The notes beneath the pieces are model-generated. The model was not told where the DNA came from, made no database searches, and saw only the letters and a list, made by a program, of their open reading frames with translations. This document shows positions 50,550 through 64,000 of a stretch of 64,000 nt of DNA, one piece after another (the first letter of the stretch is position 1; each line of letters opens with the position of its first letter). The stretch is from Camelus dromedarius. Its lineage: Eukaryota. The stretch spans positions 83,516,001-83,580,000 of the forward strand of contig NC_087437.1 in assembly GCF_036321535.1 (NCBI RefSeq), written 5' to 3'. The translations under genes and the position numbers were made by a program.

Positions 50550-51150
50550 AGGTCTAAAATGAAAGGCCTCCCTCTTGTTTCTCATTCCTTCACCCAGTCT
50601 CCATCCTCCCTAAACAGTTAACAAAACACTAGTAACAGACTTTTTATACAACCCCCCATTTTTATATGCAAATGGAGCATACTATACACAAAGCTTTGTA
50701 CCTTGCTTTTTAAAAAATTTTTACTTAATGCATCTAAGAGATATTTTCTTATCCATACATAAAAAACTTTAACATTCTTTTTGACAGCTGTGTGATATTC
50801 CACCACATGGATATACCGTAATTTACTGATTAGTCTACTATTGATGGAATTCCACTTTTTTCATTTCTGGCTTATTAAAACAACATTGCAATGACTAAAC
50901 TTGTAGAGACATTTTTTGCCCTGTTTGTAAACTGTATACATTCAACGGAATTCCTAGAAGGAAATTATTAAATCAGAGTATGTGAATGTAAAATATTGAC
51001 AGACCTTGTCAAGTTGCCCTCCAAAGTGATTCACCAATTTATACTCCCACCAGTATGTCTGAGAGCTCTCATTTCCCCATATCAAATTCAAGTTTTGATT
51101 ATCAAACAGGTGGAACATGGCATCTTGCCATAGTCTTAATTTGTAACTCT
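50550..51150 (-). mobile_element. Old L1 (L1ME-like) 3' fragment
   Basis: tattccaccacatggatataccgtaatttac...ctattgatgga...ttcctagaaggaaattatt...ccaatttatactcccaccag; approximate. Confidence 0.55.
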
Positions 51151-51384
51151 TCTGAAGGAGGGTGATTTTTTAAGTGTTTGAATGATCTATAAATTTTATA
51201 AATATACATTTTTTCCTCTCTCAGTTGTCAGGACTATAAATTCTTTATCGTACGGGCACCGACACAGGCCATCTGGGCAGACATCCAGTTGCAAGCCATT
51301 GTCTTATTTCCATTCAAAACCATTTTCTAAGGCCTGCCTTCTGTTTGGATCTTCCCAATTAAGCAGAGGAAGCAGTCCCATAAT

Positions 51385-51605
51385 GCAGTAGGCTTTGAAT
51401 TCAGGAAGGAAAACTTGACTCCTCACTCTACCACAAAATGTTGTGAGGCTTTTGTTTAGCTACTGTAACTCTCCAAGCCTCAAATTATGCATCTGTAAAA
51501 TGGAGTAAAGATTCCTCTCTCATAAGGTTGCTCTGAGGATTAAATGAATGCATATGTTTAAAGCCCCAAGCATAGGGCTTGGATCTTATTAGAGCCTCAA
51601 TAAAG
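51385..51605 (+). mobile_element. MIR SINE remnant
   Basis: ctctccaagcctcaaattatgcatctgtaaaatggag...cataaggttgctctgaggattaaatga matches the MIR core. Confidence 0.65.
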
Positions 51606-53769
51606 GGTGGTTTAGTTTTGTCACCACTAATCCATCAGGGGGAAAAAAACACACCTGACTAAGCAAACAGTTGTTTCACTGCTTTGGGACACTTTCAATT
51701 AAGTACCCCCAGGGGTTAAACACTGAGGGATAATCCTGCTGGAGTTGTACCAGCACTTGGCATTCACAACTGCCAAATAAACATTAAGAAGGAGTTACTT
51801 CTGGTCCCAAAACGTCAACTTGTTTCTCCATCAGCAGCAAACCATTTTGTACAAGGATCTCAGCTCACTTGGAATGCTGATTTTTGAAAGGATCTGCTTT
51901 TCTGTCCCAGTCTAAGCCTTATGGAGTCAAGAGAGGGCAGGAGGATGGAGGGAAAGCACTCGCATTCACCCTGCTGGTACAGTTAACCACCATACCTCCC
52001 CACCAGTCTGCTTGGGAAAGGATGCTAATCAAACCATGCTCCGAGAAAAGTTAATAATGCGAGAAGACACTGTGAAGCCCACTTACAGTCCTCAAACAAT
52101 GTTTGACACTCACAAAACAGTAAGTGTGTTCTGAATGAAACAAGTCATGCACACCGAGTATCCATCTGGCTTATAATGAGTTCATCTTGAAAACAGAGAT
52201 GGACGTGTCCATCCCCTCCATTACTTCAGGAACTCTTTGAGAGCAGTTTTGGCCTTTCATTCATCTTTGTATCCCACTCCTAAGCAACACACTTTACACG
52301 TAGCAGTCACTCCAACTTATAGAACAAAGACTCAAAATAAATAGGACTTCTTCAACTTTTATTTCATGCTGATCCTCTCTTTCCAGTAGGTAGCCTGGAT
52401 TACTTTCCTTAGTTTCAATTTACATCAACCTATGTTTTCTTGCTACTATAGTTGTATTGGCATTTCTGGTATACCTGTCAGTATATTTCATCAGAACTCT
52501 GGTTAGAAAATGAAATATTTTATTGAGGAAATACTATATTCCTGTTACTTTACAAAATTTGCCATTGTCCTTTTTACATATTTTCCACTGAGGTGAAAAA
52601 AAGAACCCAAAAATGTTTGTTTTAATAAAATCAGAAGTTCTGATTAAATTTATTGCAGGCCAGTCTGAGGAACACTTGCAACTCTTACATATTTAGAGTG
52701 TACAATTGAGTTAGTTTTCAAGGAATGTCCTCAGCAAGAAGAAACACAATCCCCAGGTTAGACATCTGGCAGACACGCTGTTAAACCCAAAAGAGAAATC
52801 TCATTTGAAAAGAAGTACAGTTCCACAGCCTGAAACAGCCTGTATTTCTACTCCACTGCCAAGAGTAGGTCCTGCGCTTTCCGTTAACCTGGGAGCTCAA
52901 GATCCTCACAACGTACACATGGCAGAGGACTCCTGGAATTTTACAGTCACCTGTACTGCTGCAGGCATGAACTAAGGATGTGGGCTTTCAACACCACATA
53001 GGTATCTCATTCCACTAAACTAGTGACCAATTATCTTCTATAGTGTTTTCAAATCAATGAAAATGCAATCACCATGAAAATTCAGAGGAGAAAGCTCCCT
53101 TTCCCCACATAACTGATGCTGTGGTCAACATTTAACTTGAAGGTCAGCAGCTCTCAGGCTGGAACCAAGGGCAGTACTGAATCTTTTATGAAACTATCTC
53201 CTGCACTTCAGCGCATTAGCATCCTGGCTCCACCCACTTAATCACACTCAGCCATGGTGACAAGCAAAAATTTTCTGAACTTTAAATCAAGAGCCAATCT
53301 CTCTGCCTAGAGATCTTTACAGACCACCACCCAACCATGTTTCAAAATGCCCATTTTGAGGGCAGGAGGTATACCACCCCTGGCTGAAAGCCACTAATAA
53401 GGGCTGTCATGCTCCATCAACAAACAGAGGTTCACTCCCTCAACTGAGCGAGGCAAAGAGGGCACGAAGAGGAATGAAACACAGGCCCTGTCCTTGGGTC
53501 CGGTGATCCTGTCTCACCTTCTATCAATGACACTATATTGGGATACTCAAAGGAACAGCCAAAAAGAGTACAAGTGAAATGTTGTCCATTCCAGAACAAA
53601 GGACGGAAAGGTCCAACTGACTTACTACTCAGTTCAAGAAGGGCAGGATGGTGTGGAAAAAGAACCAGAGCTTTGGAGTCAGAGAAACCTAAGTTCAAAT
53701 CTTGCTCCTGGCATGATTTGGCATAAGTCATTCTCCACTGGGAGTGCTAGCACTCTCTCCCCTACCCAA

Positions 53770-53925
53770 CTGGGTGGGGGTGTTCTGAGTTATCCCAGTG
53801 ACTGGAGGATGCTCTGGCAGTTAGTAGGCGGGGCCACAGATGCCAAATATCCTGCAAGGACAGGAGAGTCCAGGTCAACAATGAACTGTCCCACCCAAGA
53901 TGCTGGAAGTGTCCACCACTAAGAA
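53770..53925. mobile_element. hAT-Charlie (MER20/MER3-like) remnant inserted in a MIR
   Basis: ctggcagttagtaggcggggccacagatgccaaatatcctgcaa...ctgtcccacccaagatgc, flanked on both sides by MIR-like pieces (53650-53730 and 53930-54060). Confidence 0.45.
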
Positions 53926-56900
53926 CTCTCTCACCCTTAGCTTCCTCAATTGTCAGAATAGCGATTAGCATACCAACCTTTCAGGCTGAGGGTGATGTTT
54001 AAATGAGATGCTGCAAGTCCGAGTATCCAGCCCAGGAGCAAGTGCACAGTCAGCTCTTGATAAGTGCTGTTCCCACCTATCTGTCCTCTTCCCAAGTTAC
54101 AAACATTATACGGAGCTCATTTTAAACACGTCCATAATGTGTGATATAGCAAAGAAACAAAACTGAGCAATCACTCTCAAAGCAGGGCGAATTAGAAAGC
54201 AGGTATCCTCCAAATTTCACAGTTTAGCAGTAACTGTTTAAGAGAACTTCACTAAAATTCTCTAAACTTTAAATCAAGAGGTAAACACTCTTTATGGCTC
54301 AGCTCTAATCTAACTTTCTTACCGCCTCTTTCTCTCTGCCCCACTAATGTACTTAGCCCCCAAGACATCATAACCCCTGAAAGCCTCTGCTCAGCCCAGA
54401 GGACCCATTCCCTATTGCTCTCTATCTCCTGGCTAAGTTCTCTACCTACAGAAAACACTACCAGTGCCTTGAAGGCCCAGGTAAAACCACCTCTACCATG
54501 AAGCCCTCCCTGCTCTCCCCTATCACTTCTAAGGAGTCCATTCCTTGCATGCTCATAAACTGGGCTAATCATTTACAACAGTGGATTTAATTCCACTGCA
54601 GTTTTCATTTCTGTCTAATCTAAAACAAATTAATATAAGCATTTCCTGTCTGGTCAATCACCCAAGATATTAAGTACTGACAAGCAATTCAATTGTTAAC
54701 ACCTGAATTCACATATACAACAGTATTGATGCAAACAGGCCTTCTTTAACAGCTGCAGGGTTAATGAGAACAGAACAGCAGCAAACACTATACATATAAA
54801 AAATGCGTTCAGACCAAATGATGCCCAAATAACTTACAGCACACCATAAAAGCAAAGGTTTTCCTATGGTTCAAATAGGGAAATATTGGAAAACCTGAAT
54901 CATGTTTTGGTAGAGTGGCACAGTGATGGCAACTCCCAAAAACCCTGTGTTCGTCCCAGCTGGTACCAATATGCATTTTGTGAGTAGCCAAAAAAGAGCT
55001 GTCAGGATAATGCTGTAAATTTTACTTTTATTGGTCTTGTGGTTATGTTTGTGTTTAATTTTTAACTCTGTTCTTAAGTGTTAAGGAATTCTGTTAAGGA
55101 ATTCACGTCCCATTTGTATTTGTACATGCAGAAGTTACAACACAAAATTCATGTAAGTCAACAACGGGAGTGCAGAAAAGGATACTGTACAAGTTGGAAA
55201 GAATGCATTTCATTTTGAGTACATCGAAAAGTTAGAATACATATATTAATCCTTAATGCATGTTAAGGGGCCTCCGAGAGGCAGGCACTGCTTAGGACTT
55301 AACACCCTGTGTTCACCCACTGAAAAGTAGCTATGAGACTTTAATCAAGTTTCTTAAACTCTTTTTTTTTTTTAAACAGTAAAATGAGAACGTGGATCAT
55401 ACAGGTTTGTCCAACCTCAAGTGTAGTATTATTACAAGCACTCTGAAAATTGTAAAGTGCCGTAAGTGCTAGTATGACTATTTTCAAGTGGTCTCAGATT
55501 CTCAGTTTCCTTAGAGAAAGGACCCTTTTCTCAGTCATCTTTACATCCCTACCGCACCAAGCATCCTGTGTCTGCTGAACAGACTCCCCTGCATCTAAAA
55601 TCACCAGTACAAAAGGTACACCAGGCTCCCATTAAAACCAAAAGTTTCTACTGCCTCTTAAAGAAACAGTCAAAATACCCTTTCATTTTGAAATAAGATC
55701 ATGGTGACGAATTGCAATTCTGTTTCCAATCTTGTTAGCACAGGGTGTTGTGTTACTAGGACACTCGGCACTACTGAGTGTTTCCATTTGTTTCATTAAA
55801 CTTTCAATAAAGGCTTTGTGGGCCTTTATATCCTTGAAAAGATAGCTTAAAGCTCATTTAAAAGGTAAAACACCCTCACAAAGGATTATCTGCTATCCCC
55901 TTAACATCTGGCAAGTTCTAAAAGAGATGAGGACAAAATTAGTGTTCATAGAAGCACAATTAAAATTCTCATTGTCGAAAAGCCAGTCTGTGCCTCTCTG
56001 GAGATGAGAATAGAGAAGTGGTAAGCAGACAAGAGACAAGTTGCTGGAGTGATTAGCTCCAGAGTGAAAAGAAATTAGATTTGAGAAGTGCCTAAAACAC
56101 CAGCACAGGGCAGGAAGGTAGGTTGGGTTTCAGGACAATTCTGGCAAGAGCCTGAAACTAGCCGGCCTATTCCCTTTTAACAGCTGACTCGAGTTTCCGA
56201 CTTTTGCTGAGTCTACTTGGGATTTCTTTTAAGCACCGCTTCCACATTATTCAAGACTGTTAGTGTTGTTACAGTGATGGCAGGCACCACAGGCTGTCTG
56301 CCCACACCAGCACTGGGACATTCTGGGCCCTGTCAGACTTCAAAACTATTTTTAACTACTGTGTAACTCTGAATTTTAAATTCTGTCTTAATAGGGCAAT
56401 AGGGCAATCCCACAAGTTTACTAATTATAACATAGGTGCTTTCTTGGAAAGATGCGGCATTTTATTAACAGAGGGTCATAATGGAAATGGTTCACAAGGA
56501 AGGAAACTGAGGAACATATAAACGGCTAGAATCCAAGGACAAGACCGGAATGAATACTGACTGACAGAATCAGCTCGGTCACGGTTACAGTTAGGTTTTC
56601 TATCCATTTTTCTTTGAAGCCTTCCACAAAGTCTTTAACACCTAAAGTCCTTTCAACCACATGGGTTACACTCCTCTAGCGCAATTTGGGGGAAGAGGGA
56701 GCAGTAAGCCTCTCTTCTCATCCCAAGTTTAAAACAGCAAGTTGCATTTCACTTAACCCCTCTTTTTCCCTCGGGACGGATGAAAGGATTCACGGTATTT
56801 TCATGAGACACGGATTAAAAAAATTTTTTTTTCGATTTTACAGCAGCAGGTGGAGGAAGGAGACAAGGCTGCAGATAAGGGGCACGTTTTCACTACTGAA

Positions 56901-57099
56901 ACCAAGACAGCGCGAGTCTTGGTTTCTGGAATCCGTTTGGAAACTTGAGGCAGATGTTTCCTTAGAGATACGGGGAAAGGGCGGCCTCATTTAAAAGTCA
57001 GGCAATGGTAAATAAACCCGGCGAGAGTTTAACATTTTGATGAAGTCTTGGGAACTAGGCATAATAATTTTGGGAAAATTTGAACAAGATGGCAAAATA

Positions 57100-58100
<1,001 letters not shown>

Positions 58101-58629
58101 GCTGCCAGCTCATTTGTCTTAGCGCTCAATTTTTATCTATTTCTGGTTTGTTTTTCTATCCTCCAGCCAGTGCACGGAACAGTTTTCAAACATTTGAAAC
58201 AGGTTCATGAACTAAAGTTTGTGAACGCACCTGGGTAAACCGGCGCCAGAGTGCCCTGGGCTGCCTTTCAGCTAACGAACAGCTCTTCCTAAAACAGCTT
58301 CCACCAGGGCTGCAAAAGATGAGGTTGCCCTACGGCTGAGTCCCAGAAGTGAGGTCTGTCAGCAACTCTTCTTGTTTGGCTGGCTCACTGCGTGTGGAGT
58401 AACCCAGACGTGCGTTGTGTGTCTCACACGCCGTGTTACCCACTACTCCCCGACAAGCCCTCTTGTAAAAACGACACTGATCAGAAACAAGTGTGACTGA
58501 AACTTGTAAACGCTGAAACAAATATTTGTAGTCATTACACAGACGTCACTGAAATCTGGAAACCAAAATGTCCTTAAGATTTGCTTTTAAATAATGTCTA
58601 AATACAGTAGTCTGAATTTTCTTAGTGTT

Positions 58630-59068
58630 TTAAAAATTTACATACATAAAGCTGTACATAATTAATGTATGCAGCTTGATGAGTTTGAAGATAAATGCAC
58701 ACCATGAAACCACCAACACAATCTATGTCATAAAATAATCACGGCTATAAGCTTCCTTCCACCTTCATTATTATTACTATAAACACTTAAGATGTAAGAT
58801 CTACCCTCTTAGCAAAGTTTTAAGTATACAATACGGTATTATTAACAATAGACACTATGCTGTAAGAAGAACTCTGGGACTTACCTTGTGTAACTGCAAC
58901 TTGGTACCCTTTGACTAATTCCTCCCCTCCCTTTTTTCCTTTCCCAGCCCCTGGCAACCACCATTCCAGTCTCTGCTCCTATGGATTTGACTGTTTGAGA
59001 TTCATCATATAAGTGAATCCATGTAATATAGTATTTGTCCTTCCGTGTCTGACTTATTTCACTAAGAT
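58630..59068 (-). mobile_element. L1 (L1MA/MB-like) 3' end, antisense
   Basis: taagatctaccctcttagcaaa.ttttaagtatacaatac.gtattattaac...cccagcccctggcaaccaccattc...tctctgctcctatg.atttgact...catataagtga...gtatttgtccttc.gtgtctgacttatttcact. Confidence 0.8.
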
Positions 59069-60549
59069 AGTAGCATGAATTTTTTTTTTTCAGTTTTTAC
59101 ACCCTAGTAGCTAGTAGAGAAAACATCGAGGCCCATTTACCCCAGGTGTTCTGTTTTAAAGCCAACTGCTTTACACCTGAGAGGGTGTAGAGCTCACAGA
59201 CATGATATGGCACACCTGTTCACTAAAAATTTTATACAAGTAAATGAGATAAAAGTGAAATGTCCAAGGCAGTTCTGAGTTGGGGGAGGGGAAGGAAGCT
59301 ACCCTGGGGTCATCCCCTGCTCTGGTTTTGGAGTGCTGGAGGAGGAGATGGTTGCTTCTGAGTAGATTCGATGTCTATAAGCCCCAGATCATTTCAGCAC
59401 CAGCTGATGGCAATAACTACCAAAGTTAAATCAGCCCCATTTCCTTCTGCTGGGTTCATTCCAGACTATCCCTCAAGACTGACCAGCACTTTCTCTTTAG
59501 CAAATCTTTCCTCTTTCTCTGTGAGTCTGAGAAAATAGGGAAAAAGTAGAATAATACACTAGAATAAGACAAGTAGACTTCCCAATTCGAGTCTTATTTC
59601 CATTAAAGGCCCACTTACCAGAAAGCTCAGAGAATATGAAAGCAAAGAGAGTTTGAAACAAACTGTTCCCTCCAGCTAGAAGGCCTAGAGAATTAATCTC
59701 CCCAGAGGGATGTTAAATGACTACCAGATGTGTCCACCACTTGTACTGTGACAAAAGCAGGCCCTACGCTCTAATACCTACCCAGAGGGCGGATTGTTCA
59801 GGAGGTCTTTCTGGAGATAAACGTGGGTGGGGGCCAGTCAGATTTATTACTGAATTATGATTTTAACTAATAATGCTATTTCTTTAAGAAAATAATTTCT
59901 CTAAAAAATAGCTGTCAGGGACAAAGCTGTGATAATCATATTCTTTCAATAGTCACTACCCGGGGTAAACGAGAAGGCATCAGAATCATGATGTGTGAAG
60001 TCCTTCATTCATATAGAAACTTTCTACAGTATTCGTGGTGACAGTGTAAGTAGTAGAAATAAAGCTAATGTTCATCTAGTTAGAATCCCTTCTATTAATA
60101 AACATCTTGGAAGGGTATAAGATAATGTAAATGTTATTAGAGTCACCTAAAATGAACAGTTGTGCCAATACAAACCTTATTTTTTTTTCTCAAAAGCAAC
60201 TACTTAAGGAAGGAAACAATATCTAACAATATTCTGATCTCCACCCTGAGTGAATGAGTAATGCGCGGCCTCCATTAAGGCAAACTTTTGTCTATGAAAA
60301 TTCAGCTTAAACTCATAAATCAATGACCCCTGAATTTTCATTTCTTTATTTTTCAAGTACTAATGTCCTCCATCCTTATATTCTGAACTCATAATAACAC
60401 ATTCTGAATTCTAAGATCTAAGGTAGAGTTAGGAAGTCAGTAAAAACTTCCTGTTAAATTTTAGAGTTGTAAGCATCTTAGAGATGCTAATTTAGCACAG
60501 TTATCTCCATTCAATTCATTCACTGACATTTAGTGAGTGAGTACTTACA

Positions 60550-61655
60550 GTAGAAGCACATTTTCTGTGAAGCTAATGAAGCACAACTTCAAGGCATCTC
60601 ACCGGCACAGTCTCTTCCAGTGTGAATTCAGGAATGCGATCGCTTGGTCATGCGTTTTTATGAAATTTGCCAAAACAAGTATTTATACTGCAAGTAAGAC
60701 CACAAGCTCTTTCCTCTAGGATTTCCCCTCCATCATATTATTCCTAGAGGCAGTTGGTATTGGAGTTACCGGGAGCACTTTGGGATCTGCTGGGAAATTT
60801 GTGTTGGGGATACATTTAGTTTGGATTTAATGGGATATATTTATATGGTTATCAGCTTTTCCAAAGTATAGTTGTTATTGCTTAAATTCCAACTTGTCCA
60901 TTGTGCAGCTCACCAAGCATTACACCCAAGATACAGGACCAGAGGTACTAACAAGACATAAACATATCCTAAGACCCCTAACGCTGAAAGCATGTGGGTA
61001 GTAGAGGTGAAACAAGATTTTAAATGTAAAATAGCAAAAGGTGACTTGTGGAAAAGTATTCCAGGCATCAAAAGACAAAAGTGAAACAGGAAGAATCACT
61101 TCTAATTGATGTAATTTCTCTCATAACAGTAAGATGTTCATTAATGTAGTGTATACAATTTTTATAACTGTAAATGCCCCAGTCTTTTTTCAGTGAAAAT
61201 CATGTAAAATAGAATTTATCAGAATTTTTGTTTGTAGGGCATAAACCTGTAGCAGTACCACAACATTGGGTGTGTGTGTTTAGTGTTGTATGTTTACGTA
61301 ACCCTTGTATCAATAATAAATACACTTAACCAATTTGGAGGAAAGACTGAATTACCTTTCCATTATATGTACAGAAAATGATATTAGAAAATGATTCTCA
61401 TAGGGAAACCTATCAAAGAGTAGACAAAGTATAAGAAAAAATATTATAGAGGCATGCGGGGGAGTTAATGGAAAAAATACTGATTTTCTAGACTTTGTGA
61501 TATTTGTAATATTAGCCAACCTTTTAAAATTGGTAATTTGTGTGATTTACTTTTTCATTCACTTTTGTGAATTTTTATTTTTCATTTTAAATCTTTTCCT
61601 TTAAAGAGAAATTGCAAAACTCTTTAGATACCTTAAAATCTGGATCTGTCCCTGA
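60550..61655. mobile_element. Possible old hAT-Tip100-type DNA transposon remnant
   Basis: The left end tgtgaagctaatgaagc.caacttcaagg and right end aaaatctggatctgtccctg resemble hAT-Tip100 termini as recalled; subfamily and continuity uncertain. Confidence 0.35.
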
Positions 61656-64000
61656 GTGCCGACTGTGTGTCAGATTCACACTCATTCTTACAGATACAGT
61701 GATGAGTAAGATCAAGTGTTTTCCCTCTAGGAGCAGGTTTGATGGAGGAAGCAGATGAGCAAAGAGAGTAGGACAGGGGCAATCTTTCTATGGGCATAAA
61801 TAGGATAGACCCTCAATTTAGTGTACATGTTTCCAGGAAGGCTCACTAGAGATAACTGTCAGTATGCTCTCTTCCTCTCTGCCTCCTGTGACCACCACAA
61901 CTTCCACAGAAAGTCTGCAATTCACTAGCTTATTTGACATGTGAGAAAAGCTGAAGTTCATCACACTGTAAGTGGACTACCATTTCCAAAGCATAGTAAG
62001 CACTGTGCTCCTCAAAAGTGTGAGAACAAAGTGATGATCCCCGAAGCATTTCAACAAGGATGCAAGGGTAGTTTAGAAATGCTAAGCTCTTTGTTCTGAG
62101 AAGTCCACCAGAGGGATAAACTTCTGTATATATCTTAGAGCACAGTATTTACTATGTGGCAGGTGGCCCAGGAATATTAAGACAGCTGTCAACATCAAGG
62201 AAAGCACCAGCCCATGAAAAGCAAGCAGATGGATTGGGGCACTTCACTAGCTGCCTCCTAGAATAATAGCTGTGCGTGGCCAAATGAGACAGTGTCATGC
62301 TGCCCAGGGCAGCAAAAAGCTATTACTGGGTATAAGCACCCAATTAGTAGGTGGGGCGGGGGAATATCCTCCCCTTTCCTTTGTATAGCTCAGGTTTTCA
62401 TTAAGAACCACAACAGCAAATAAGAAAGGGGGAAAAATGATGTTAGCATTTCTCATTCTGTTACATTCTGATTATCATGGTGTGCAACACAGGGAAATGC
62501 CTCAGTCTTGCTGCTTCAATGAGAGCAGATGGTGAAATTTTAAGTAATTGGTTATTCAGACTTCTACGGGATGTGTGAAGTTTTATTGAATTATTTGTCT
62601 GGTTTTTATTTCCAGAACATGTGGATATTGATATCTTTTAAACACACATCTTTTAATGCTTAAATTAAGATGTGTTAGTTAGTCTGACCTAAATTATTTA
62701 CTCTTTTCTTCCCTTGATATAATGATGATACTTATGAAGAAAAATGAATGCTTTACAAAATCAGAATACTAACAATCAAATATTTACTTCCTAATCAGTG
62801 TAAAATTTGCTAATAACAAACCATTGTATTCTAAAGAGTATAATAGAAGAAGGATTTCTCTGGCAAACATAGGTTATAAAATGTATTCCAAAATAGTTAT
62901 TCATACCAGTTCAGTTTGATGTCTTTTGCTTGAGTCAAATGCTATCTAAAATATAAAGTCATATGTAGAATATTAACTTTGGGATTAATACAGCTTCATA
63001 TGCATGACACAGATAATGGCTCAGAATAATCACTATTATATGAGGAACCTAGTTCCTATATTCTGTTTTCCCAAAATAATCGATCTGAGTACATAAGCTA
63101 TGCACTGTATTGTACATATCTGATATACAATTTTAAATGGATTTATTCTAAAAAGAACGTTGTTTATAAATTTCTGGACTGCACTATATTAAATGTTGAT
63201 TGTAAATTTTATTTATTAGGGCTCATGAAACAAACCTTTAGAGTAAAAAGTAACCGCTTTGTGAATTGGCTTTCCTTTTTTCTTATTTGGAAGTTTTAGA
63301 ACAGACGTGTCCCAGAATTCTGAGTTCTCTTACTATGGACACGTTGTTCCCAGTTTGATTTGCTGCAAATGGTTTAAAAACAAGGCACAGAGGCAGCTGT
63401 TATTGTGAGCAAATGTTTTGATTAGAGAGAGAAAGCAGCTGGAAATGATACCTGCTGTCATATAAAATGAGCCACAGTTTTCACATGGGGCCTTTACCTA
63501 ATTTAAAATTGAGATTAGCATTATTTCCTTAACATGAATTTTCTTTGTATAGAATGGAAGTCTATTTACTTTGTTTATAATCTGGGGTGATGAAGTACTG
63601 AATACAGTGCCGAAAATAAACTTGACATACTTATTTATGGAAATTTTACATGGTCCATTATGAAATAATAACATTAGCCAATGTTCACAAAATTTCATTT
63701 AAAAATATTGCTAAATGTAGTAGTAGCAAAAAACCCATATGGGGCTTATAAAATCAAGTGCTACTAGAGGATATAGTTTGATTTTTCAGAAATGTAGCAA
63801 GTATATTTCTCAATGACCCCACTTTAATTTTGAAAAAAATTTGTAAAAATACATCAAACTAACTTAACTGGTTTTGCAAATAATACAAAAGCAGCCTACA
63901 TCAAATATTTCCATCAGTCTATGTTAGCAACTGAATTCCCTCTTCACCTCTTCCAAATTTTCATTGATAAAGAGAAAAAAGGAGTTACCTATGAAAAAGG

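Noticed and set aside
55079..55104. 13-bp tandem duplication TGTTAAGGAATTC x2
   Set aside because: Simple slippage duplication within probable old repeat sequence; nothing inserted between the copies.
62400..64000. 3' end of neighbouring ARL6
   Set aside because: Plausible from human synteny, but I recognised no ARL6 coding exon; UTR cannot be established from sequence alone.

Overview
Mammalian genomic DNA, probably camelid, judged from two tRNA-derived Vic-1-type SINEs. The window holds the 5' ~85% of one minus-strand gene, CRYBG3 (very large A-kinase anchoring protein, vlAKAP; beta/gamma-crystallin domain-containing 3). I traced 11 coding exons from the ATG at 57699, inside a CpG island, to 981. 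All junctions are GT-AG and phase-consistent, giving 7607 nt (2535 codons + 2 nt) with no stops or frameshifts. They include a 6229-nt giant exon 4 and seven small exons for linkers and the first five crystallin Greek-key motifs. The rest of the gene lies beyond the left edge. Introns and the upstream flank contain ordinary old repeats (L2, MIR, L1, hAT DNA transposons), identified from memory of consensus sequences with approximate boundaries. I found no evidence of a new multi-gene system, CRISPR array or RNA gene. The best second-look items are a strong-Kozak, in-frame Met-Asp-stop uORF, an LSPIYE PP2A-B56-type motif in the same exon as the PKA-anchoring helix, a ~12-copy 24-aa repeat in exon 4, and frame-preserving exon-skipping options.
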